Positions 46,066 to 58,552 of a DNA stretch of 64,000 bases are shown here, one piece after another. The DNA is taken from NCBI GenBank assembly GCA_035649355.1, contig DASRJS010000009.1:4906-68905 (forward strand). The letters run 5' to 3'. The DNA is from Candidatus Polarisedimenticolia bacterium. Its GTDB lineage: Bacteria > Chloroflexota > Limnocylindria > Limnocylindrales > CSP1-4. Under the pieces are notes generated by a model, which made no database searches, was not told the origin of the DNA, and was given only the letters and a program-made list of their open reading frames with translations. The position numbers and the translations under genes are program-made. Within the stretch, counting starts at the first letter, position 1. Each line of letters opens with the position of its first letter.

Positions 46066-47214
46066 CTAGCCTGAGGCCGCGGCGGCCTGTGGTTCTGCGG
46101 CCGACGCCCCATCGTCGGCAACGGCGAACGTGTGATCGGGTGACCAGCTCAGGAACACGTCGTCGCCCGGGCGGTGGAGCGAGCCGTGCGACGTGCGCTC
46201 GACGTTCTGCTCGTAGACCGTCAGGCGCGACCCGGACAGCGCCTCGACGATATAGCTCGTCGAGACACCGAGGTACGACGCATCCACGACGCGTCCGGCG
46301 AGGCGATTCATGGCGCCAGCGCCATCGCCATCGGCCTGGAGGCGGATCTTCTCAGGCCGGACGCCGACCCGGATGGCGGTCTTGCCATCGACCGCCGACG
46401 CGGGCACCCGGACCCGGGTGCCATCCGCGAGCGTGCACCAGATGCGCTCCCCGTCGCGCTCGCCGAGCTTCGCCGGCAGGAGGTTGCTGACGCCGAGGAA
46501 GCCCGCGACGAACGGCGTCGCCGGGCGCTCGTAGAGCGTCTCCGGATCGCCCAGCTGCTGGTACCGGCCGCGCTCCATGACCGCGATCCGGTCCGACATC
46601 GTCATCGCTTCTTCCTGGTCGTGGGTCACGTAAATGAACGTGATCCCGACTTCCTGCTGGATCCGCTTGAGCTCGACCTGCATCTGCTTTCGAAGCTTCA
46701 GATCGAGGGCGCCGAGCGGCTCGTCGAGGAGGAGCACGGCCGGCTTGTTCACGAGCGCCCGCGCGAGAGCGACGCGCTGCGCCTGGCCGCCCGAGATCTG
46801 GCTCGGCTTGCGGCGCCCGAAGCCGGGCAGCTCGACGAGCTCGAGCATTTCGCCGACGCGCGTTCGCACGTCCTTTTCGGGCAGCTTCTTGCGACGCAGG
46901 CCGAACGCGACGTTGTCGTAGATCGTCAGGTGCGGGAACAGCGCGTAGTTCTGGAAGACCGTGTTGACGTCACGCTTGTAGGGCGGGAGCCACGTGACGT
47001 CCTGGCCGTTGAGCTCGATCTTGCCGGACGTGGGCTGCTCGAAGCCGCCGATCATCCGGAGGGTCGTCGTCTTGCCACAACCCGACGGACCGAGGAGCGA
47101 GAAGAACTCGCCGTCCATGACCTCGAGGTCGATGCCGGCGACGGCGACAACGTCGCCGTACGACTTCGAGACTCCGATCAGCGTGACCTCGACTTCGGGC
47201 ACGGGCGGCTGCAA
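46066..47214 (-). CDS. potA: ABC transporter ATP-binding protein (spermidine/putrescine import PotA-like)
   Basis: GPSGCGKTT, LSGGQAQRVALARAL and LLLDEPLGALD are present, plus a C-terminal TOBE-like domain. Confidence 0.9.
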   Translation of the reverse strand: MQPPVPEVEVTLIGVSKSYGDVVAVAGIDLEVMDGEFFSLLGPSGCGKTTTLRMIGGFEQPTSGKIELNGQDVTWLPPYKRDVNTVFQNYALFPHLTIYDNVAFGLRRKKLPEKDVRTRVGEMLELVELPGFGRRKPSQISGGQAQRVALARALVNKPAVLLLDEPLGALDLKLRKQMQVELKRIQQEVGITFIYVTHDQEEAMTMSDRIAVMERGRYQQLGDPETLYERPATPFVAGFLGVSNLLPAKLGERDGERIWCTLADGTRVRVPASAVDGKTAIRVGVRPEKIRLQADGDGAGAMNRLAGRVVDASYLGVSTSYIVEALSGSRLTVYEQNVERTSHGSLHRPGDDVFLSWSPDHTFAVADDGASAAEPQAAAASG

Positions 47215-47333
47215 GCTCCTCCTTCGGGGTGGCGGTGACGATAGGTTCGGCCCGTTCGGGGTGTCAAACCGGAGGCCCGAGTACGATATCGACGCACCGA
47301 GTGTCGGAATTGGAGGGAGCGTCGAAGCCGGCC

Positions 47334-48413
47334 ATGTCGAGCGTCACCGAAGCCTCTGTCACCGCCGCGCTTGCGACCGTCCAGGAGCCCGAGCTGGGCG
47401 GCGACCTGATCACCCGAAACATGGTCAAGGACCTCAAGATCGACGGGACGGCGGTGGCGTTCACGATCGAGCTGACGACGCCGGCGTGTCCGCTGAAGGA
47501 CGAGATCGAGACCCGAGTCCATACCGCGCTTGATCCGATCGGCGTGACCTCGGTCGAGCTCACGTGGGGTGCCGTCGTTCGGCGGGCCGCGCCGCGGACG
47601 CCTGAGCAGCTGCTGCCCGGCGTGAAGAATGTCATCGCCGTCGCGTCCGGCAAGGGCGGTGTCGGTAAGAGCACGGTCGCGGTCAACCTCGCGGTTGCGC
47701 TCGCGCAGGACGGGGCGACGGTCGGCCTTTTGGACGCGGACATCACCGGCCCGAACGTGCCCCTGATGCTCGGCGTCGACGGCCAGCCGCAGGCCGGCGC
47801 CGACAACAAGATCCAGCCCCTCGAGCGGCACGGCGTCAAGGTCATCTCGATCCAGTTCTTCGTGCCCGAGGGCCAGCCGATCGTCTGGCGCGGGCCGCTC
47901 GTCGGCGGCGCAATCCAGCAGTTCCTGCGTGACGTCGACTGGGGCGAGCTCGACTACCTCGTCATCGACCTGCCGCCCGGCACGTCGGATGCGCAGCTGA
48001 CGCTGGCCCAGGCCGTCCCGATCAGCGGCTCGGTGCTCGTCACGACGCCCCAGGAAGTCTCGCTCGCGGACGTCACGAAGGCGCTCGCGATGTTCAAGCG
48101 GATGAGCGTCCCCGTCATCGGCCTCGTCGAGAACATGACCGCGTTCGTCTGCCCGCACTGCGGCGAGGCGACGGAGATCTTCGGTCGCGGCGGTGGCGAG
48201 CGCTTCGCGGCCCAGCACGCGCTCGAGTACCTCGGCGGCATCCCGCTTGACATCACGGTTCGCCAGGGCGGCGACGTCGGCGTGCCGGCGGTCGCGCAGC
48301 GGGAACCGGGTCCCGCGGCGGCGGCGCTGAAGAATCTGGCCCGGATCGTGGCCGCGCGGATGAGCGTCCGCGCCGCCGAAGCCGCGGCTCAGCCGGTGCT
48401 GACGATCTCCTGA
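47334..48413 (+). CDS. mrp: Mrp/ApbC-family Fe-S cluster carrier ATPase
   Basis: An N-terminal DUF59-like part (TPACPLKDEI) is followed by the deviant Walker A VASGKGGVGKST and the CPHCG motif. I chose the ATG at 47334. An upstream GTG is possible. Confidence 0.85.
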   Translation: MSSVTEASVTAALATVQEPELGGDLITRNMVKDLKIDGTAVAFTIELTTPACPLKDEIETRVHTALDPIGVTSVELTWGAVVRRAAPRTPEQLLPGVKNVIAVASGKGGVGKSTVAVNLAVALAQDGATVGLLDADITGPNVPLMLGVDGQPQAGADNKIQPLERHGVKVISIQFFVPEGQPIVWRGPLVGGAIQQFLRDVDWGELDYLVIDLPPGTSDAQLTLAQAVPISGSVLVTTPQEVSLADVTKALAMFKRMSVPVIGLVENMTAFVCPHCGEATEIFGRGGGERFAAQHALEYLGGIPLDITVRQGGDVGVPAVAQREPGPAAAALKNLARIVAARMSVRAAEAAAQPVLTIS

Positions 48414-48414
48414 G

Positions 48415-49230
48415 TCAGGAGGCGGCGGCGGCCCGGCTGCCGCCCAATCCGGCGGCACCCGCGCGGATCACGTCCACGACCTGGCCGACGAATGCCGGCG
48501 CCACCGGCGCTCCGGAGCTCGCGCAGCGTTGGACCATCTCGGCGCGACGCTCCGACGGATAGTGGACGAGCAGCGCCCGCGGCACGCCCGAGCGGACGAC
48601 ATGCTCGATCGCCTCGTCGGTCGTCAGGTGGCCACGCTTGAGGTCGTCGAAGGCGGCTGACTCGAGGGTTGCCTCGAGGATGAGCAGGTCGGCGCCACGC
48701 GCCAGCTCCACGACTTCGTCCGAGGGGCCCATGTCGCCGGCGTAGACGATCCGCGTGCCGTCCGTCGCGACGATCTCCATCGAGAACGCGGGCACGTAGT
48801 GGCCGACGGACATCGGCCGGAATCGGAGGTCACCGGCCTCCAGCCACTCGCCGGATTGGTACTCGCGGACTTCGAATGCGTCGTCGAAGAAGTGCGGGCG
48901 CTCGGCCATCGCTGCGGCCAGGTGCTCCAGCTTCTCGGCTCCGCCTGGCGGGAGATGGACGGGCAATCGCCGCGGCGCTCGTTCGCCCCACGGGAAGCGG
49001 TAGCGCAGCGGCGCGAGGTCGATCCAGTGGTCGGCGTGGAAATGGCCGACGACGAGGGCCGTGAGGTTCTCGGCGGACATCTTCGTCTGGAGCTGGGACG
49101 CAATGCCGCTGCCACAGTCGAACAGGACGGCCGTCGAACCGGACTCCACGAGGATCCCGGAAGCCGACGTGTCCGCGACGGGACGCGCGGTGCCGGTTCC
49201 AAGAACGGTCAGGCGCACCAGGTCCTCCAA
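48415..49230 (-). CDS. MBL-fold metallo-hydrolase
   Basis: LTVLGTGTARP and the VVGHFHADHWID (HxHxDH) motif are present. Confidence 0.8.
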   Translation of the reverse strand: MEDLVRLTVLGTGTARPVADTSASGILVESGSTAVLFDCGSGIASQLQTKMSAENLTALVVGHFHADHWIDLAPLRYRFPWGERAPRRLPVHLPPGGAEKLEHLAAAMAERPHFFDDAFEVREYQSGEWLEAGDLRFRPMSVGHYVPAFSMEIVATDGTRIVYAGDMGPSDEVVELARGADLLILEATLESAAFDDLKRGHLTTDEAIEHVVRSGVPRALLVHYPSERRAEMVQRCASSGAPVAPAFVGQVVDVIRAGAAGLGGSRAAAAS

Positions 49231-49320
49231 CGTTGTCTCGCGGCTCGGCGCGGATCGTCGCGGCCCGGGACCGGGGCAGCGTAGCGTTCGGCGGACCCGG
49301 CGGCTGTCCGCTGCGCGACA

Positions 49321-50502
49321 TCAGCCATCGCGGCGGAGCTGCCGCAACAGGACATCTGCGGCAGCAAGGGCGGCGCGGGTTCGGCCGGCGGCGCCGTCGA
49401 GGAAGACGACGCGCCGCTCGCGGTGAACGCCGCTCGGGGTCGCGACCGCGATCGAGGCGCCCGTATCGCCGCCGCGCGTCCGGATCCGGACGGCAAGGCC
49501 GACCTCGGCGTCGTGCCCGATCTGGCGAAACCGGTTGGCAAGGTCCTCCGGTCGGTCGAGACCGTCGGGCGGGTGCGGCAGGGACTCGATGAACGAGAGG
49601 CGCGCGACGCTCTCGCCAAGCAGGGCTCCCACCGAGCCGCGCGTCGCAATCTCGACGACTGCGAGCCGCCAGTCGAGGCGTTCGAGCTCCGCTTCGATCG
49701 CCCCGCCCCAGGTCGTGTCGCCGGTCGACCAGATGTGCTCGTCGAGGGCCGCGCGGACGTGCGCCTCCATCTCTTCGACCAGGGCCTCGGCCGTGCGCCC
49801 CGCGGTCGAGACGGCCGAAATCCGGACGTCCACGGCGTCGGCACGGGCGTACGTCGCGACGATCGGGTTGGTCGCCCGGAGGATTCCTTCGCCGATCCGT
49901 TCCGCGATCAGCGACTCACCGATCCCGGCCAGGCGCAGGACGCGAACGGCCATCCCCTGACCCAGGCCGCGTTCGCGGAGACGCGGCAGGACCCACTCGG
50001 CCCACATCGGGCGCATCTCGCGCGGCGGACCGGGCAGCGCAACGATGACCCGACCATCGGGCCCATCCACCCACCAGCCCGGCGCCGTGCCGTTGGCGTT
50101 CGGAATCGCGGTCGCTGACTGGATCAACCAGGCCTGCTTGAGGTTCGTCTCGGGAAATGGGATCGAGCGCCGGTCGAACAAACCCCGGAGCCAGCGCTCC
50201 AGCGCAGCGTCGACGTACGGCTCCTGCCCGACGGCCGCCGAGATCGCCTCGCGCGTGAGGTCGTCCGGCGTCGGGCCGAGGCCACCGGTCGAAACGACGA
50301 CATCCGCGCGCTCGAGCGCGGCCACGAAAGCGGCGGTCACCGACGCGAGCTCGTCGGGAAGGGCCGTGAGCCGTCCGACGCGGACCCCGAGGCCGCTCAG
50401 CTCGCGAGCCAGCTCCCCGGCATTGGTGTCGCGCGTCTCGCCGACCGTCAGCTCGGAACCGATCGAGAGGATCTCCGCGGCGACGAGCGCGCGATCTGGC
50501 AT
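49321..50502 (-). CDS. cinA: CinA-family protein (MoCF-binding domain + nicotinamide-nucleotide amidase PncC domain)
   Basis: AEILSIGSELTVGETRDTNAGELAREL, VVVSTGGLGPTPDDLTRE and ALPGPPREM are present. The start is the ATG at 50502, inside the 534-aa track ORF. Confidence 0.85.
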   Translation of the reverse strand: MPDRALVAAEILSIGSELTVGETRDTNAGELARELSGLGVRVGRLTALPDELASVTAAFVAALERADVVVSTGGLGPTPDDLTREAISAAVGQEPYVDAALERWLRGLFDRRSIPFPETNLKQAWLIQSATAIPNANGTAPGWWVDGPDGRVIVALPGPPREMRPMWAEWVLPRLRERGLGQGMAVRVLRLAGIGESLIAERIGEGILRATNPIVATYARADAVDVRISAVSTAGRTAEALVEEMEAHVRAALDEHIWSTGDTTWGGAIEAELERLDWRLAVVEIATRGSVGALLGESVARLSFIESLPHPPDGLDRPEDLANRFRQIGHDAEVGLAVRIRTRGGDTGASIAVATPSGVHRERRVVFLDGAAGRTRAALAAADVLLRQLRRDG

Positions 50503-50532
50503 CCCGGGAGGGTAACGCCGGGTTGCGCTCGG

Positions 50533-51477
50533 ATGCGCTGGTATCATCGGCCGCCGCTGCGGCACCGCCGCAGACCGAAGCTGCCGATCGGGGAGCAAGC
50601 CCTGGACGAGACGTACCCGCCTCCGCCGCCGCCCGAGCCCGGGACTGAACCGCGGCCCGGCCGCCGCGCCGACGCCGACGAGGCGCCCGGCGGCCTGCGT
50701 GAAGCCATCGCGTCCGTTCGCGCCGCCGCCGAGCGGCTCCTCCGCGCCCACGTCGAGCTCGTCAAGACCGAGATCGGCGAGATCGCCGGCGAGATCGGCA
50801 GGCTCGTCGGCCTGCTCGCGCTCTCGATGGGCTGCCTGTTCGTCCTCGGCATCTTCCTGCCGATCGGGCTGTTCCTGTTCCTCGGCGACTGGCTGTTCGG
50901 CTCGCTCGGCTGGGGCGTCCTCCACGGCACGCTGCTGCTCATCGCGATCGCGATCCAGTCCGCGTTCCTGGCGATCGGCATCCCCGGCCGCCGCGTTGGC
51001 CGCGACCTCGCGCTCGCAGCGCTCCTCGGCATCTTCACTGGGCTCGCGCTCGCGCTGGACCTGACGAATCGTGGCTGGACCGAGGTCGGCGCGCGGCTCC
51101 TGCCTGAGCTCGACCCGGTCAGCCGGCCGTTGCTCGTCGCAGTGATCGCGATCGCGATCCTGGGCGGCGTGATCGGCTTCATCCTCGGCTGGCCACGCGG
51201 CGGTGGGGCCACGGCCGCGGGCCTGCTCGGTGGTGTCCTCCTGGGCGCCCTCCTCGGCGCCCTGACGGCGGTGGCGCTCGGACCGCGCGTGGGTTCGGCG
51301 GTTGGCGTGACGGTCGGCCTGATCGCCTGGCCGACCCTGACCGCGATCACCGTGGCCCGGCAGGGCATCGACGTCGACGGCCTGAAGGCGCGCTTCTATC
51401 CTGAAGCCAGCATCGAAACAGCGAAGGAGACGATCGCGTGGCTGCGCGAACGGATGCCGCTCGGGCCGAAGTCCTAG
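50533..51477 (+). CDS. membrane protein with holin-X/DUF1469-like N-terminal segment
   Basis: A Pro-rich N-terminus is followed by LRAHVELVKTEIGEIAGEIGRLVGLLALSMGCLFV and further TM helices. The start is uncertain. Confidence 0.55.
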   Translation: MRWYHRPPLRHRRRPKLPIGEQALDETYPPPPPPEPGTEPRPGRRADADEAPGGLREAIASVRAAAERLLRAHVELVKTEIGEIAGEIGRLVGLLALSMGCLFVLGIFLPIGLFLFLGDWLFGSLGWGVLHGTLLLIAIAIQSAFLAIGIPGRRVGRDLALAALLGIFTGLALALDLTNRGWTEVGARLLPELDPVSRPLLVAVIAIAILGGVIGFILGWPRGGGATAAGLLGGVLLGALLGALTAVALGPRVGSAVGVTVGLIAWPTLTAITVARQGIDVDGLKARFYPEASIETAKETIAWLRERMPLGPKS

Positions 51478-51977
51478 CCGCCCGCGAGGGCCTGGCCGCC
51501 GAGGTCGACCGCCTGGAGGCGGCCGGCCGAGCTGCCGTCGACATCCCGGCCCGGATCCGGCGCGAACCGGCGAAGGTCCTCGGAGCGGCAGGCGGGGCGG
51601 CGTTCCTGCTTGCCGGCGGCCCGGGCCGCCTGCTCCGCCGCCTGACAGGCCGCGGCGACAAGGACGCCGGTTCGATCCTGCCCGACGAGGTCCTCAAGAG
51701 CCTCCGGAAGCGCGGCGCCGACGGCGAGCGCACGAAGAAGGACCTCGAGAAGGACTTCGCTCGCTACCTCGAGAAGAAGGACCCGACGAAGGCGAAGGAT
51801 GTTGCCCTCGGCGCGACCGCGGCCGCCTTGATCGCGAACGTCCTGCGGCCGGTCACCCAACGCGCGGGCAAGCGCCTCGCCGAGGAGCTCTTCGACGCCG
51901 ACCGCGAGACGGCCAGCGAGTCGCTGCGCAAGGTTCGAGGCGAGCGAGCGTCCGGCGGGAAGGGTGGCGGCCGCTAG
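51438..51977 (+). CDS. DUF3618-like protein
   Basis: MAARTDAARAEVLAAREGLAAEVDRLEAAGRAAVD is a coiled coil, followed by one hydrophobic segment and a Lys-rich tail. The GTG start overlaps the previous gene by 40 nt. Confidence 0.6.
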   Translation: MAARTDAARAEVLAAREGLAAEVDRLEAAGRAAVDIPARIRREPAKVLGAAGGAAFLLAGGPGRLLRRLTGRGDKDAGSILPDEVLKSLRKRGADGERTKKDLEKDFARYLEKKDPTKAKDVALGATAAALIANVLRPVTQRAGKRLAEELFDADRETASESLRKVRGERASGGKGGGR

Positions 51978-51986
51978 ACTCGCCGC

Positions 51987-52074
51987 GGGCGAGTGGCGGA
52001 ATGGCAGACGCGCCAGCCTTAGGAGCTGGTGCCGCGTGAGCGGCGTGTCGGTTCGACCCCGACCTCGCCCACCA
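51987..52074 (+). tRNA. tRNA-Leu (anticodon UAG)
   Basis: The acceptor stem is GGGCGAG/CTCGCCC and the D-arm is GCGGAATGGCAGACGCGC. The anticodon stem-loop CCAGC-CTTAGGA-GCTGG reads TAG. It has a long variable arm, T-arm GTCGGTTCGACCCCGAC, discriminator A and an encoded CCA. Confidence 0.95.
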
Positions 52075-52148
52075 CTCAAGCGCGGCTGACGGCCGTCGAA
52101 CGCGAGCGGCGGCCTCCGAACGCGAGCGCCGCCTATACTCCCCGTCCG

Positions 52149-53594
52149 ATGAAGGTCACCGCGACACCGGCGCCAAAGAGCTCCGTCCAGCTCGAGATCG
52201 AGGTCCCGGCCGAGAAGCTCAGCGCCGCGATCGGCGAGGCCGTTCGGCACGTCTCCCAGCGGACCCGGATCGCCGGCTTCCGGCAGGGCAAGGCGCCGCG
52301 CCAGGTCGTCGAGCGGGTCGTCGGCCCGACCGCCGTCCTCGACGAGGCGGTCGAGCATCTCGTCGACCGCTCCTACCGGGCGGCCATCCTCGAGAGCGAC
52401 ATCATCCCGCTGACGAACGCCCGGATCGACGTCGTCCAGGCCGAGGAAGGCAAGCCGCTGATCTTCAAGGCGACGGTCCCGGTCCGGCCGGAGATCACGC
52501 TCGGCGACTACCGCAACTTCCGGTTCGAGCCCGAGATCGAGACGATCGACGAGCCGAAGGTCGACAAGGTCATCGATGAGCTGCGCGACCAGCACGCTTC
52601 GCTCGTCGCCGTGGAGGATCGCGCTGCCCAGGCCGGCGACTACGCGGTCATCGGCTACGTCGGCACGCGCGACGGCGTCCCGTTCGATGGTGGCTCCGCC
52701 GAGCGGATGCCGCTCATCCTCGGCGACAGCCGCCTGATCCCAGGCTTCGAGGAGAACGTCCTCGGCCATCGACCCGGCGAAACGTTCGAGTTCGACATCA
52801 CGTTCCCGGCGGACTACGGCGAGGAGTCGCTCGCCGGGCAAGTCGCTCATTTCAGCGTGACGCTCCGAGAGCTCCGCTCGAAGGTCCTGCCCGAGGCCGA
52901 CGACACGTTCGCGTCGTCGCTCGGGGCGTTCGACGACCTCGTTGCCCTGCGAAAGGACGTCCGCGAGCGCCTTGGCCGGAACTCGCTGGACCGGGCTCGG
53001 CACAAGTTTGCCGACGCGATCATCGAGTACGCCGTCGCGAATTCGACGGTCGAGCTGCCCGAGGTCCTCGTCGACCAGGAGGTCGAGGTCATCCACGACG
53101 AGCTGCGCAGCTCGCTCGCACGCCAGGGCATCACCGAGGAGGCCTACCTGAAGGTCATCGAGAAGACCGAGGCGGATCTCCACGCCGACTTCCGGCCGAA
53201 CGCCGAGAAGCGCGTCAAGGTCCTGCTCGTGCTTTCGAAGATCGCCGAGGTCGAGGGCACCGACGTGCCCGAGGCGGACGTGGAGGCCGAGGTGGCCCGC
53301 GGCCGCGAGCGGTTCGCCCGCGAGCGCAAGCTCGCCGAGTACTACGACTCGGACCGCGGTCGTTCGTTCATCCGCTCGTCGATGCGCCGCAGCCGGGTCG
53401 TCGAGCGGCTGGTCGACGAGTGGCTCACGGCCCACCCCGAACACCCGCCGCTGCCCCATCTCGAGGACGACGCTCCGCCCGTCGACACCGCCGCCGATGC
53501 GGCGGCCGCAACGGGCGACGCGACCCCAGCGACCCCAGCCGCTGCCGAGCCCGGTTCGCCCGATGAGGCGAACCTCAGCCCGACCAGCGCGTAG
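52149..53594 (+). CDS. tig: trigger factor
   Basis: [24 protein letters not shown]...GFRQGKAPR is the ribosome-binding signature. A central FKBP-type PPIase region follows. It lies upstream of clpP-clpX. The ATG is at 52149. Confidence 0.9.
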   Translation: MKVTATPAPKSSVQLEIEVPAEKLSAAIGEAVRHVSQRTRIAGFRQGKAPRQVVERVVGPTAVLDEAVEHLVDRSYRAAILESDIIPLTNARIDVVQAEEGKPLIFKATVPVRPEITLGDYRNFRFEPEIETIDEPKVDKVIDELRDQHASLVAVEDRAAQAGDYAVIGYVGTRDGVPFDGGSAERMPLILGDSRLIPGFEENVLGHRPGETFEFDITFPADYGEESLAGQVAHFSVTLRELRSKVLPEADDTFASSLGAFDDLVALRKDVRERLGRNSLDRARHKFADAIIEYAVANSTVELPEVLVDQEVEVIHDELRSSLARQGITEEAYLKVIEKTEADLHADFRPNAEKRVKVLLVLSKIAEVEGTDVPEADVEAEVARGRERFARERKLAEYYDSDRGRSFIRSSMRRSRVVERLVDEWLTAHPEHPPLPHLEDDAPPVDTAADAAAATGDATPATPAAAEPGSPDEANLSPTSA

Positions 53595-53620
53595 GCTCAG
53601 GACCCACAGGAGAACCCCGA

Positions 53621-54325
53621 ATGCTCGTGCCGATGGTGATCGAATCCTCCAGCCGTGGAGAGCGCGCCTACGACATCTACTCGCGCCTGCTGAAGGAACG
53701 CATCATCTTCCTCGGCGACCAGATCGAGGATCACCTCGCGAATCTCGTGATCGCGCAGCTCCTGTTCCTCGAGAGCGAGGATCCCGAAAAGGACATCAGC
53801 CTGTACATCAACTCGCCGGGCGGGGTGGTGACAGCAGGCCTCGCGATCTACGACACGATGCAGTACCTGCGAGCGCCGGTCAGCACGATCTGCATCGGCC
53901 AGGCAGCGTCCCAGGCCGCCGTCCTGCTGGCCGCGGGGGCGAAGGGCAAGCGCTACGCCCTGCCGCACAGCCGGATCATGATCCACCAGGGCTCAGGCGG
54001 CTTCCGCGGCAACGCCCCGGACGCGGTCATCCAGATGAAGGAGTGGGAGCACCTCGTCAACCTGAACCACGAGATCCTCGCTCGCCACACCGGTCAGGAC
54101 CTCGCAAAGGTGACGCAGGACACGGACCGGGACCATTTCATGTCTCCCGAAGAGGCAAAGGACTATGGCATCATCGATGCGGTCTACTCGGTCGAGAGCG
54201 CGTCGCTGATCGCCCAGGCCCACGCTGCGGGGCTTGCCGGCGGTGAGGGTGCGAAGGTGGCCGAGGAGACGGCGAGCGATGCGCCGGCGCCCGAGCCGGC
54301 GAAGAAGTCCAAAGACCAGGCGTGA
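53621..54325 (+). CDS. clpP: ATP-dependent Clp protease proteolytic subunit
   Basis: [30 protein letters not shown], the active-site Ser in [11 protein letters not shown] and RIMIHQ are present. It has a C-terminal Ala/Glu/Pro-rich extension of about 40 aa. Confidence 0.95.
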   Translation: MLVPMVIESSSRGERAYDIYSRLLKERIIFLGDQIEDHLANLVIAQLLFLESEDPEKDISLYINSPGGVVTAGLAIYDTMQYLRAPVSTICIGQAASQAAVLLAAGAKGKRYALPHSRIMIHQGSGGFRGNAPDAVIQMKEWEHLVNLNHEILARHTGQDLAKVTQDTDRDHFMSPEEAKDYGIIDAVYSVESASLIAQAHAAGLAGGEGAKVAEETASDAPAPEPAKKSKDQA

Positions 54326-54353
54326 CGGGACGAGACGGGAGACAGGCGGGCAC

Positions 54354-55664
<1,311 letters not shown>

Positions 55665-55860
55665 CAGTCCCGCAATGCGCTGGGCCAGTCCCGCCTAGCC
55701 CGTGCTTGTGATCGTCACATGCACATCTCCTGGCTAAGGGGTGGGTCAAGGGTCGTCTGAGGCCTCGGCGCACGCACGAACGGGCTCGTTCACGGGGGCT
55801 CGTGCGGCGATGGAGTCAGACTCGCCGCGTAATCGCGGGTGAAGCCCCCAGAATGATCAT

Positions 55861-56618
55861 GTGACGACCATGGTCAGGGTCAAGCGGACGAGCTTGGGCA
55901 TCGACGCGGACCGCCGGAACCGGGAGCAGCTCGCTCGTGCCGGAGGCCAGCTCAAGTTGCGCCGCGTTCGAAAGCGCAAGACCCAAGCGCAGACTGCCGA
56001 CGAAGCGGGCGTGAGCCGCTTCATGGTCGGACGAATGGAGCGTGGTCTGGGCGGCGGCGCGACGATGGACGCCTGGCAGCGGGTGGCACTCGCCGTCGAT
56101 TCACCGCTGGTCATCAGCCTCCAACGGGATTTGGGCGGAGACACCCGTGATGCCGCCCACCTCGCCATCCAGGAGCTTGTCCTCCGCGCGGGCCGACGGG
56201 GCGGCCACCTCGGCTCCTTCGAGCTCGCCACACGGCCGATGGAGCCCTCGCGGTCGGCTGACGTCGGGCTCAGGAATGATCGGCGGCGGCGGCTGATCGT
56301 CGTCGAGTGTTGGAACGCATTCGGTGACGTAGGCGCGAGCGCCCGGAGCAGCACCCGGAAGCTTGCTGAAGCCAGAGATCTCTCGGTTGCCGTGTGGGGC
56401 GACGGATCGGCCTCCGTTGGATTGGTCTGGGTGGTTCGGGCGAGTCGTCGGAACCGGGCGCTTGTTGCCCGCTACCCGGAGCTGTTCGCGAGCCGATTTC
56501 CCGGATCGTCCCGCGCCTGGCTGCGGGCGATCACCGAAGGAACTGAGCCGCCGGCCGAGCCCGGGCTGATCTGGTGCGACGTTCACGCCACCAGGCTCTT
56601 TGCGTGGCGAAAGCCCGC

Positions 56619-56622
<4 letters not shown>
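55861..56622 (+). CDS. XRE-family HTH protein with C-terminal PD-(D/E)xK-like domain
   Basis: The N-terminal Cro/C1-type HTH is LRRVRKRKTQAQTADEAGVSRFMVGRMERG. The C-terminus has AHLAIQELV...SADVGL...LIVVECWN in a nuclease-fold-like spacing. Its stop overlaps the glpD ATG. Confidence 0.7.
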
Positions 56623-58253
<1,631 letters not shown>

Positions 58254-58299
58254 GGGAGGGCGGATCGCGAGCGATCGCGTGCTACACTCCCGCCCTTCA

Positions 58300-58530
58300 C
58301 GGCGCTGACCGAGAGGAGTAGCGCCGGAACCGCTCCTCAGCGAGCGCGGGCTGGTGCGAGCCGCGCGGGCAGGCCGGCGTGAACGTCACTCGCGAGCCGT
58401 GCGGCCGGCGACCGATAGCGCGCCAAGAGGAGGTTCGAAACCAGCGCCGTCGCGATGAGCGAAGGCCACGAACCTCGAACCAGCAGGTGGTACCACGACC
58501 CCGTTCGTCCGCTGGACGAGCGGGGTTTTC
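58300..58530 (+). promoter_or_regulatory. T-box riboswitch leader, valine specifier (GUC)
   Basis: Stem I GA/AGAGA-type sequence TGACCGAGAGGAGTA is present. The distal loop is GGTGCGA (58353-59). The specifier GAAC-GTC-A has GTC at 58385-87. The T-box sequence is CAGGTGGTACCACGA (about 58483-58498). A terminator follows, upstream of valS. Confidence 0.85.
58499..58529 (+). terminator. T-box expression-platform terminator
   Basis: CCCCGTTCGTCC-gct-GGACGAGCGGGG followed by TTTT. The 5' strand is contiguous with the T-box antiterminator sequence. Confidence 0.75.
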
Positions 58531-58552
58531 GAGTTCGAAGGACGGCGAAACG

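Noticed and set aside
51474-53459. 661-aa minus-strand ORF antisense to the DUF3618 gene, the tRNA-Leu and tig
   Set aside because: It runs straight through a tRNA gene and the trigger factor gene. The composition is low-complexity Arg/Leu/Asp-rich. It is an artefact.
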